From: Laetmonice hystrix
Taxonomy: Eukaryota
Assembly: GCA_965235115.1 (NCBI GenBank)
Contig: OZ249438.1
Span: 28,892,001-28,956,000 of the forward strand
Length of the DNA: 64,000 nt
Direction: 5' to 3'
The translations under genes and the position numbers were made by a program. Under the pieces are notes generated by a model. It searched no databases. It was given only the letters and a program-made list of their open reading frames with translations, and was not told where the DNA came from. This document shows positions 39,078 to 49,331 of the stretch, piece by piece. Position 1 is the stretch's first letter, and the number at the start of each line of letters is the position of its first letter.

Positions 39078-40591
39078 CCTATGGCCATAATAATAGTAAT
39101 TCTTTATGGGTTACCTTCCTATTTAGACACACTTGAAATAATCCTTGTATTGAATAACATAGAAAAGGAATACCATGAGAATCGAGAGTGCGACACTCTA
39201 TTCTATACATTTATGTGTGTGTGTGTGAATTTGTTGACGCCATGATTTCGGATGAAGGGAGGGGGCGGCGCCTAATGTAGAGTTGGCATTTCCCATGTTA
39301 GAGCTGGGACAGTTATGATATCACCACCGACAACTTCCTCCTCTCACTGGCAGAGTGCGAGCAGACCTGCTCACCACACCCGGCCAAGGCGACCCAGGTT
39401 TAACACTCCTTAAGATACTTTTCTTGTTTCTCCGATGGGAGTAGTCAGGACCAGTGATCGATCACCGGTTGGGTGTGGCAAGGATTACTCCCAGTTCTTA
39501 GAACGTGAGAAGTGGAAACCTTACACCTTTTCAAATGTAGATCATGCGACACGATATATTCCTACATTGCGGTGAAGATCAAGTTATCAGATGATATATG
39601 GACAGTGAAGCTGTTCGTCATTGGTTTACATTTTACAATCGTTCTCGGAATGGAAGATGGCTCCTCGACTTGCCATGGACCCGTTCCTGTCGGCTGGGCA
39701 GGAGTTTCCTTACAAACAATAGTGGGCGGTGTGTACATTTCACGCCATGATCCATCGCCTCCTCGCAAGGCCCAGTTCCGTCTCAAATGGTGTCAGTAGG
39801 CCACGCTATAAGGGGACAAGTTCCGCATGTATTTAACTAAACAGAGACTAGACGGACACAAAAATGAGTCCGACGCTTAACGCGGCATGTTCATCACGCA
39901 GTGAAGTTCCTGATACTTGATACTCCGTGATAGATACCCAGTATGAGAAAGAAATATCCTAGTACCCAGTGGCGTATATCTCTTATATTATCGGCCTGTT
40001 GTCACATTGAACTTTCCAATACCATCCTCAGTGGATTGAGAAAGTCAGAAAAACAACTGCAGTGGACTTTTGGTCCTCAACTTTCAGATACACCGTGTAC
40101 CGACGAACCATCCTTTTTAAAGTCCAGGTTGACTACGAAGATGCATCGTTTTTCATCGATTTTTGTGTGTTGTTGAATATATCTTGCCGTGAAGGCTTGA
40201 CTATGGTGAAACTTACCAATTGCAATGCTGGGGGTTTCCTGCTGTATCTAGGAGAGCTGCAACACCTGTTTCATAATAATTCTCTAAGTAGGCCTATATC
40301 CACTAGGTGGTTCATGATGTGGGCAGGTCTATACATAGTCTCTTTAAGTTTTCCAATATGTAATGTCCTGTTTTTGTTAAAATTAAAAAACATGATGTAA
40401 CCATAAGGAGTAAATAATATATCGACAAAATAAGGATAGAAAGTGATTAAAACAATAAGAGCTGGATCAAGGTTGTAAAGTGAAACATATCTTTGATTTA
40501 AAAAGTCGCTTTATAGGCTACCACTGTTATAATTAAATAAGAGACTAACAGTTACTTAATCTCACTCTTACTACTGTCCTTCCTATGTAGG

Positions 40592-41021
40592 TTTTGTCAT
40601 AAATCAATGACGAAGGTAGGAGTGAGCAATGTTATTATGTTTACATAGTGATATTAGACAGAAGGGACGTCTCCAGTCCCGACATGCTCAGTCCTAGGTT
40701 CTGTCGTACATCAGTGACGAAGGTAGGAGGGAGCAATGTTATTATGTTTATATAGTGATATTAGACAGAAGGGACGTCTCCAGTCCCGACATGCTCAGTC
40801 CTAGGTTCTGTCGTACATCAGTGACGAAGGTAGGAGGGAGCAATGTTATTATGTTTATATAGTGATATTAGACAGAAGGGACGTCTCCAGTCCCGACATG
40901 CTCAGTCCTAGGTTCTGTCATAAACCAGTGACGAAGGTAGGAGGGAGCAATGTTATTATGTTTATATAGTGATATTAGACAGAAGGGACGTCTCCAGTCC
41001 CGACATGCTCAGTCCTAGGTT
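40592..41021. repeat. 107-bp tandem repeat x4
   Basis: TGACGAAGG at 40608, 40715, 40822, 40929. Confidence 0.95.
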
Positions 41022-41357
41022 TGTATATGTTTATCGGTTAACAGGCATTTACAGGCGGATTAAGGGTCAGGGACAGCTGGGATGTGGGTCCCAGTCTGCC
41101 CCGACGGATTACTAACATAGGAATGCCAAGTTAACATATACAATAGGCCTATATACAAGGAAATTAACATGAAAGCTATAGCTTTTACAAGGATGATGGA
41201 CGGAAAGACATAAAAACCACCAGCAGTGTAAATTCCAACGACCATTTCGAATCCTCCGTGTTGTCAGTGTAGATGCAAGATTATTTAGGCTGCCAGAATT
41301 ATTGTTTCATTTCAAATAATATTCTTACGTCTATTTGTAGATCGGGACAGCGGCAAG

Positions 41358-43835
41358 ATGTCGGGCCAAGGGTTGATGTGCGTGTGGCAGGCAGTGGCTG
41401 TTCAAGACCCTGCCCACTCAGCCGTGAAAGGTGTGGCACGTAAAAACATCGTCCAGAATATCACATCGGGTCTGGCTAACTCTAACGGTGTCCACTATAC
41501 GGCGCGCTCGTTCGACGACAACTTTCCGAACGTGCATGTCGACTTCAGCGACTTCTGTAACTACGTCAAGGTTTGTCTTCGTGACCACAGCGTCCCGCTC
41601 TTCAGTGTCGAGGACCTGATCGATGCACACAGCTGGGATTGCTGCCGAGACGCGTACCGCCTTCACAACTGCTCGGTCGACGAGGATGAAGCTTTTAAAT
41701 TATGGCAGATTTTTAACCGTCTATGTGTGCGGGGTTCTATGCCCCCTGTCATGGAAGGCGAAGATGTGCAGTGGCTTGGCCAGAAACTTGCAAAACATCT
41801 GCGAAAGGAGTTTGAAACGGATATGCACAGACAATACATCTTTGTGGAGATGCTTTCTGAAATTGACAATGCTTGTTTTAAATCTGTGAGCCCAGCTGAA
41901 GTCGAACAAGCCATAAGAGGTATACACTCCTGGCTGGTCCATGAAATATGTATGACTGGCTGGATGAGTAAACGCACCAGAAAGCAAGGAAACTGGACCA
42001 ACTGGCATAGGCGATGGTTTATCTTACGACCCGGCCAGTTAACATATTACACAACCCAAACGCTGACAGAGAGAAAGGGTGACATTTCAATCAGTGATAT
42101 TTCAATAGTTGACAATCTGCCCGATTACAAGTCTCTTGTTCGTAGGTACCCAGCACGGTTTAGGATAACAAACGCACCCCATGTTGAAATCGAGCTCTCT
42201 TCTGATGACGACAGAACCAAGCGAGTTTGGATGGTGGCTGTACGCGAGGCGATCGAGGCCTCCAAGGCAGGCGTATCGCCCGTGCAAGCCATGCTGGCTG
42301 ATCGCCACAAACAGAGAAAGTTTGGTCAGAAGTTGATATCCCTGGATGAGGCTCGGACACGCATCTCGGCGCTACCCACGGCTCACGTCATCACGCCAGG
42401 TCTGCGGCTGGGCAGTGACGCCGAGGAGGAGGACGAAGATGACATTGACGGCCAGCCGAGATTAGAACAAACGCGAGCCGAGACAATGGAAGCAGTGGCA
42501 GCCGAAACCGGGGCTGTCGATCAGGACGGCATGGATACATTGAGGGTCACCCCTGACGACCACAACAAATATGAGACCCAGCGCGAAAGTTTCCGTCGAG
42601 CATTCTCGGAAATCGACCAAACAAACAAGGGATCGATTGATGAGCAAGAATTCAACATATTCCTGCAGAAGTTAGGGACGAACATGTCCGAACAAGAGGC
42701 CGAAGAAATATTCCATGCGATTGACAAAAGCGACTCCGGCGAAATAACGTTGGACAACTTCAATCGTTTTCTAATAAACTCTATATTTGGAGAGGAAACG
42801 ACCGACGCCACCAGCAGTCCCCAGCTGAGGGCCGCGTTACTGAAAGCTGACCAGGACGGCTCGGGCACTCTGGCCTTCCGAGAATTTGTCGAATATATTT
42901 GGGAGAAACGCTGGCTCTTCTGTGGAGACAGACTCCTGACAGCCATTGAAAAACTCGAGGAGAGCAATCGAGGGCATCAATTCCAAGAGTTTAAAAGCTT
43001 TGTTGACCAGCAGCATTTACAAAAAACTTACACAGAAACCGATGAAAATGACCATTACGACATGTCTGTGGAGGGCATGTTGTGCGAGAGGTATTCCTCG
43101 GAACTCGACCGTCTCGCAGCCTACCTCTGGCGCAGATGGAGCGCATTCGTCATCTATAAACAACTAAAAGACGCCAAGGATTTCAATCGTGTTTGCAAGA
43201 AAAACAATGTTCTCATTGCTAAACTCAACTTTGTTGATCTTGTATGTTTCTCAGACCTACCATATATTACACCCAAATACACCCTAGTTCGGGACTTCGC
43301 ATGGATGAAGAGCTCAGAAGAGGACAGCGAGGGAAAAGCTCTGTTTCCTCCAAACTTTGATGGCGTACTGCCGGTAGAGTTTGCCACTGCCGAGTACCTG
43401 CGCTACTACGGAGCGTCTGTGGCGGACAAGACCCAGAAACAGGTGTCACTGCTGTATCGTCACTCCATACAAGACTTCACATACCAGAACTTGCACATCG
43501 AGGAGTACGTGGCCACCAAGAGTGGCGGTTCTGGTCTGAGGCGACGGGAGTTTGCCCAGCTCGTCTCCCCGCTCGAGGACCACTCCGGCTTCCTGGTCCT
43601 CGGCAAGATAGACGAGGACGGCGAACTTCACCTGACTGCCTTCAAGGTACCAGCACGGTACACGCTGTGTATCCCTGGGGGCACCATTCACTCCCATGAT
43701 TACCTGCATGGCATGTGGCAGACAACACTGTCTCCCGAGTCAAACATCGACCACGTGAATATCATGAGGAGACTGGGGCAGGACAATGATGAAAACTGTA
43801 AAAAGTTTATTTTCGCGTTTGAACAGTACATATAA
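41358..43835 (+). CDS. SWAP70/DEF6-like PH-domain protein fused to EF-hands and a ureidoglycolate-lyase-like cupin (825 aa, single coding exon)
   Basis: EDEAFKLWQIFNRL and EQAIRGIHSWLVHEICMTGWMSKR...NWHRRWFILRPGQLTYY align with SWAP70 (EEDAFKIWVIFNFL; NWTERWFVLKPNIISYY). PH domain about aa 196-302. EF loops DQTNKGSIDEQE (aa 420), DKSDSGEITLDN (456), DQDGSGTLAFRE (498). C-terminal LHLTAFKVP...IPGGTIH is cupin-like. Acceptor ctatttgtag ends at 41340, 17 nt before the ATG. Confidence 0.9.
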   Translation: MSGQGLMCVWQAVAVQDPAHSAVKGVARKNIVQNITSGLANSNGVHYTARSFDDNFPNVHVDFSDFCNYVKVCLRDHSVPLFSVEDLIDAHSWDCCRDAYRLHNCSVDEDEAFKLWQIFNRLCVRGSMPPVMEGEDVQWLGQKLAKHLRKEFETDMHRQYIFVEMLSEIDNACFKSVSPAEVEQAIRGIHSWLVHEICMTGWMSKRTRKQGNWTNWHRRWFILRPGQLTYYTTQTLTERKGDISISDISIVDNLPDYKSLVRRYPARFRITNAPHVEIELSSDDDRTKRVWMVAVREAIEASKAGVSPVQAMLADRHKQRKFGQKLISLDEARTRISALPTAHVITPGLRLGSDAEEEDEDDIDGQPRLEQTRAETMEAVAAETGAVDQDGMDTLRVTPDDHNKYETQRESFRRAFSEIDQTNKGSIDEQEFNIFLQKLGTNMSEQEAEEIFHAIDKSDSGEITLDNFNRFLINSIFGEETTDATSSPQLRAALLKADQDGSGTLAFREFVEYIWEKRWLFCGDRLLTAIEKLEESNRGHQFQEFKSFVDQQHLQKTYTETDENDHYDMSVEGMLCERYSSELDRLAAYLWRRWSAFVIYKQLKDAKDFNRVCKKNNVLIAKLNFVDLVCFSDLPYITPKYTLVRDFAWMKSSEEDSEGKALFPPNFDGVLPVEFATAEYLRYYGASVADKTQKQVSLLYRHSIQDFTYQNLHIEEYVATKSGGSGLRRREFAQLVSPLEDHSGFLVLGKIDEDGELHLTAFKVPARYTLCIPGGTIHSHDYLHGMWQTTLSPESNIDHVNIMRRLGQDNDENCKKFIFAFEQYI

Positions 43836-44345
43836 GCATTGGTTGGCAGCATAGTTTGCGCACGATAAGTGAAGCACCAGTACTTATCAGCCTTGAGATT
43901 AGCATACACTTTGTATGCGAGTCTAACATTCTGCAGGAATTTGTTATCTTGCTGTCATTGTTATCAAATTGACCATTTCGCTTCTACGGCAGTTGAACTA
44001 TGCTGAAATGACGAACAAAGTTGAATTATGTTGTAACATTATAATTCGATTCGAACTATAGGAAAAAACTTCAGTAAAACGTTGCAGAAGGATATTAAAG
44101 TACTGACTGTGGTAACATTGGGAACAGAACAAGAGTGGTTTGTTAAAGTCACACGCCTGGACAACCCTTCATCACATCGGCTTCTGCTTGTAAAGACCAC
44201 AGTGGAAGCACCAAGATTTCATACCGCTCCTGCCAGGATATTAACGTTAGATCCTACATGGATTAGTGTTATGGACCACATGACACTGTATATGGTTTGT
44301 TTGAGGTAAGAGTGTGGGAAATGTCAACATTAGTCGTGTTCCGTG

Positions 44346-44446
44346 AACACATTGATTGGGAGACCACCTACCGCCCAGTACACATTGATTGGGAGACCAC
44401 CTACCGCCCAGTACACATTGATTGGGAGACCACCTACCGCCCAGTA
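44346..44446. repeat. 33-bp tandem repeat x3
   Basis: GTACACATTGATTGGGAGACCACCTACCGCCCA. Confidence 0.9.
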
Positions 44447-44694
44447 TGTACAGTGATCATACTAGATATACGTTACTATACATGTGATTCGAGTATCTAT
44501 CTATTTTCTCGCCTGCGCAAGGAACTTCGACGCTCATTGAACTACACAGTTATAGGATACATGTACACGTACTAGATATCTATAAGAAGGTCGGTATTAC
44601 AAAACACGGTTTAACATTTGCAAGTCAGCGTATTCGCAATTTACAGCTGCTTGATGCACAAATGCCTCACTTGAACATAAAATGTACAGATATA

Positions 44695-44700
44695 AAATAA
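44695..44700 (+). terminator. Candidate polyadenylation signal (AATAAA) of the SWAP70-like gene
   Basis: aataaa about 860 nt after the stop codon. Confidence 0.3.
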
Positions 44701-46363
44701 AAGGAGAGCTATACTTGTTTCCCTTTGATGATGATAAGGTTAAAGGGTGATTATCCCCTGAATAACTATAAGTGAGACGATATAGTCACGTGACCTATTT
44801 ATAGTACCAGTAAAAAGTTGGGGGCAGTTGTAGACCCCGACCTACACGAATAAAGGACCTACAATGTTGCAACCGCGTGCTCCACTGGTATACAGTGTAG
44901 GGAGTAGCGGTTCCGGTTACGTAATTGAAACCGAAAGAAAGTGAAATTGATTGCATAAATATGACGTCATAATCAAGTAGTAAATATGCCTGCGTCATCC
45001 TGGGAAACCCAAGGCTATGTGTTCTACCAACACTCGTGTCAGTACCTGGTATGCTGTATATTTCAGTCTATTTTTAATTTGTACACAACTTATAATAAAG
45101 GGGTTTGCGAATAAATCTTTGTACATGCAGTTGTCCACATATGAATATATCGATGCATATTTTTACATGCATGTACATTTCAATGTTCTCCATTCGAAGT
45201 GATAGTCTAAAGTTCAACAGAAAATATTAAGAACGATTTAAAGGTATATCAGCCCCATTCACCCTACACTCCCCTGGACCGTAATGGCCGAATAGTAGAC
45301 TTAATCTTAAAAAAGGCGCTGCAAGTGAAACAGAAATGCCAGCAATAAAGCGAGCAGCACATTTTTGGAACAACGATTTAACTGCTGTGAAGCAGTTTTT
45401 ATTTGTTAATGCCGCCTAACAATGAAGATTCAATTGTAGGCCGAACCCATCCCATCACGCCTTTCAAGCATTTCTCATGCTGCGAAATGTCATGATTACT
45501 ATTTAGCGTAAGAAAATATGTCTTTTTCTGTGACAAAACTAACAAATTTTACCCCACCTGCCACATTTGACCCTTTGTACGCGCGTTTTCTATAATTCCA
45601 CGTCTACGTCTAGGTTCTACGGACGGCTACTACTCAAAATACGTTGCACCTGTCTCAAGATGCGTAGTTATTTATAAATATAGAACGTTATAAGACGACG
45701 TTATAACAACATTTACATCAATCAAGTACAGAAAGCGTTTTTATATTGCACAATTATCAATTGATATTAGGTTTTATCCCAATATACTATTTACATAGCA
45801 ACTGTACCTGGAATTACTTGGTACTAATAGGCCTACTAGTCATCGCACTATTTTGACTGTCCTTTCTGAAAATGTAATGCTCGCGTGGACTGCATGATAT
45901 AGGTCCAGTTACCTATATAATTTGCCAAATTCTATGTGGAATCTAACGACACATATTAGCCTAGTATATTTAAAGTATAGTATATTTGTAGCACCTCTCT
46001 AGACCTATCACGCAACATATTGTTGTTGTACTTTATTATTTACCTTATATTGATATTTCTCTCATCGTTGGGATGAAATTGATAACTTTGATACCTTCAG
46101 GATGTGGTACCACAATGTGGTACCACAACACACATTGTCTCTGATGCAGTCTAACCCGGGGCATTCCCCAACCAGTTCACAGAGTGACTCATGACAATTA
46201 CTCGTTCCCGAATGTACGAAAAACATCCAGGATTATCCGACACCGGGAAAGAGTAAAATGTCATGAGTCACATTGTTCACAGCTTGACTATAGCATCATA
46301 AACTTCATGTCTATGCTAGCATCAAGTCCGTATGGAACTATGTCCGTGTACATCAAAACAGTG

Positions 46364-46410
46364 GCGCCACCTGGTGCAAACGAATGTTACGTTACCCCGC
46401 TAGATGTCGC
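46364..46410. promoter_or_regulatory. Divergent pair of CTCF-like motifs
   Basis: GCACCAGGTGGCGC on - (46364-46377) and CCGCTAGATGTCGC on + (46397-46410), versus consensus CCASYAGRKGGCRS. Confidence 0.35.
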
Positions 46411-46827
46411 CAGATGCTGCCCAGACCAATGGCAAATTCAAATTTTTATTATATGCATGCATTAAGGCCTAACATTATTGCACTGTTTCCCTTTTAGAAC
46501 AAAAATTGTCACCAAATATAGTTCTAATACCCCAAGAATTATTTAGTTTTTCAATGAGTAGGCCTAGATCTATATCCTTGTCTTGTGAATGCCTTGTCTC
46601 GTTATGAGTCCGTAGTCCTACATCTCAGAGACCGCCACAAGCCATCAGTCTTCGATACAATTTTGGTCAGGTAAACGCAGATAATAGTCCCTCCCAAATT
46701 CCCAAACGCACAAAGGGAGCTCTTTTTTCGTCACGGTCTCTAGTTCAAGCTCATATCTAAAACAAACAAAATTATCCAAGAAATTATACTGGCCCGTATA
46801 TATGTCATGCATTTACCGGTTGTTAGG

Positions 46828-47667
46828 TACATGGACGTGTACAGGGACGTTGTGAGGATAGTACAACCAGGGACGACCTGCACTGAATGCTTGGTATCAT
46901 CAGAGAGTGCACACTCTCTGGTATCATGTCGTATCCAGGGACGTTGTGAGGATAGTACAACCAGGGACGACCTGCACTGTATGCTTGGTATCATCAGAGA
47001 GTGCACACTCTCTGGTATCATGTCGTATCCAGGGACGTTGTGAGGATAGTACAACCAGGGACGACCTGCACTGTATGCTCATCAGAGAGTGTACACTCTC
47101 TGGTATCATCACATGTCGTATATCTCCAGGCTGCGTGTACAGAGACGTTGTGAGGATAGTACAACCAGGGACGACCTGCACTGAATGCTTGGTATCATCA
47201 GAGAGTTACACTCTCCGGTATCATCACATGTCGTATATCTCCAGGCTGCGTGTACAGGGACGTTGTGAGGATAGTACAACAAGGGACGACCTGCACTCAA
47301 TGCTTGGTATCATCAGAGAGTTACACTCTCCGGTATCATCATGTCGTATATCTACAGGCTGCGTGTACAGAGACGTTGTGAGGATAGTACAACCAGGGAC
47401 GACCTGCACTGAATGCTTGGTATCATCAGAGTGTACACTCTCTGGTATCATGTCGTATCCAGGGACGTTGTGAGGATAGTACAACCAGGGACGACCTGCA
47501 CTGAATGCTTGGTATCATCAGAGAGTGTACACTCTCTGGTATCATCACATGTCGTATCCAGGGACGTTGTGAGGATAGTACAACCAGGGACGACCTGCAC
47601 TGAATGCTTGGTATCATCAGAGTGTACACTCTCTGGTATCATCACATGTCGTATATCTCCAGGCTGC
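46828..47667. repeat. About 95-115-bp tandem repeat, about 8 copies
   Basis: AGGGACGTTGTGAGGATAGTACAACCAGGGACGACCTGCACTG...CAGAGAGTGCACACTCTCTGGTATCATGTCGTATCC. Confidence 0.94.
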
Positions 47668-48137
47668 TGTTGTCTGTACCAGTAAACCTTATACTTCCTG
47701 GTGTCGAGGTGGTCTCCGCTTACATTGCAATACTCGCCTAACATCCTGGTGTAGGTAAGCTTGGGCGTTATTTGTGCCTAGACAGCATAGAAATCATATA
47801 TAAACGTTTAGTTATCACTAGATGAACCAATTACCTGAGGCAGGCCCTAGTGGGTGGGATGGGACAGACACGCTTCATTATAATGGAGAGGGCTAGATTT
47901 AGACCTAAGATAATAGCACATTACCATCCTTAGGTCTCAATGCATGTTACAAATCATAATGTCTGCACACATGAACTTGTAGATGTCGGGATTCGAAATT
48001 GTTCTTTACCCCGGCTGTATGGACTAGATTTCAAAAGGATGGACGATATCATCAGATTTACAAATTATTGATTCCTCCGGATATCTTCCTGTTCCCCGGC
48101 TCGGCACGTGCTAGTTTGCAGGAGACCACTTCGCTGA

Positions 48138-48151
48138 GCGTCCTCTAGTGG
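48138..48151 (-). promoter_or_regulatory. CTCF-like motif
   Basis: CCACTAGAGGACGC, 13/14 to consensus. Confidence 0.35.
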
Positions 48152-48529
48152 AGCAAAACTAAACTACTCGATCGCTTGGCTTCTGCTGAACGCATTATCG
48201 CGATCAGCTGAATAAAAAAAAACCTGTATAGTGTCGTGTTAATCGTGTTCTATCGTCCAATATCAAGTTTTTGGACTATCCACGTTTGCCACGCTTTAAG
48301 CACTATATACGGGTATAAAAAGAAACCCTTATAATTGAGAAGTGCGCACAACTTTTGTCATTTAGGCCTACCCAGTGCATTATTTGCCGGCCCGGTCACA
48401 GATAATTTAAATACAGTCCGAATCCCACACGGGACATCGTTAACGGTCATACATCCGAGCTGTGCAGACACAGGTCTGTAGTGTCTGCACCAAAACACAA
48501 TGGTATTTTGGCCTAACAATATTTACACT

Positions 48530-48535
48530 TTTATT
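48530..48535 (-). terminator. Candidate polyadenylation signal (AATAAA) of the M28B gene
   Basis: tttatt on + strand, about 580 nt downstream of the stop codon. Confidence 0.4.
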
Positions 48536-48717
48536 GCCATGATTTTTGCATGGTAGTGGTGTGTATGAAGATAGAATGATGTACACAACTCCAAGATTGG
48601 CCTACTAACTGTAGGCGAGATCCTGGCTGGGTACCAGCCAGGATCTCACCTGGGTACAACAAACCTGTTTGTGATAGCCAGACGTCATCCCCCACATTCT
48701 TATACGTCTATACTATA

Positions 48718-48901
48718 CATGGGCGTCCGCACGGGGGGAGGGGGTGTCGCCCCTGGAGAATACTAATGATATTTGCCACCCCGCCTTTCTGTTGCCTTCT
48801 GAAGTTCACATATATAATTTTTGTCAAGTTCACCCCCCCCCCCAAAAAAAAACCAACAACATATAATATAGAGGAGTCTATATTTGCTGCGGACGCCCAT
48901 G
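48718..48901. mobile_element. 184-bp MITE, probably within the M28B 3'-UTR
   Basis: 14-bp perfect TIR CATGGGCGTCCGCA; no clear TSD; internal G and C runs. Confidence 0.7.
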
Positions 48902-49066
48902 CGTATTTAGCCTAAATCTACCTGGGTATAGACCTCGTCTTCATCCACAAGATTCCATAGCGCACACCATCTCACGGCATCGGAATCAGTCGGAGATTAT
49001 CGTGTGTGAAAGCGACCATCAAACACACATCATTGCCCTCCAGAGGACATTTCTCTCCGATCTCCG

Positions 49067-49120
49067 GCCAGGTCAGGTCAGGTCAGGTCAGGTCAGGTCA
49101 GGTCGGGCCAGGTCAGGTCA
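49067..49120. repeat. (GGTCA)n microsatellite overlapping the M28B stop codon
   Basis: About 10 units. Confidence 0.9.
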
Positions 49121-49331
49121 GAAGAACCGGTGGACGGGCCGGAGTAGGGCGGCCGCCGTATCGATGAAGTGGGCGATGATGGCCAGCTGGCGCCGGACGG
49201 TGGCCCACTTGCCGGCTGAGTTGACGGTGGCCCGCGAGGCCTCGGCCAGCGAACCGACCAGTCCTGGGAAGGCGGGCCGGGGGTTGGTGTCCGTCGGCCG
49301 GTCATGGGATACCGGCGAGAAGAGAACGTGC
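49118..49331 (-). CDS. M28B gene last coding exon: [10 protein letters not shown]...AFPGLVGSL...[29 protein letters not shown]
   Basis: tttctatcgacag acceptor, 214 nt, phase 2 start, ends in TGA; matches HVIYAP...FPG...W..V.RQ of GCPII. Confidence 0.93.
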
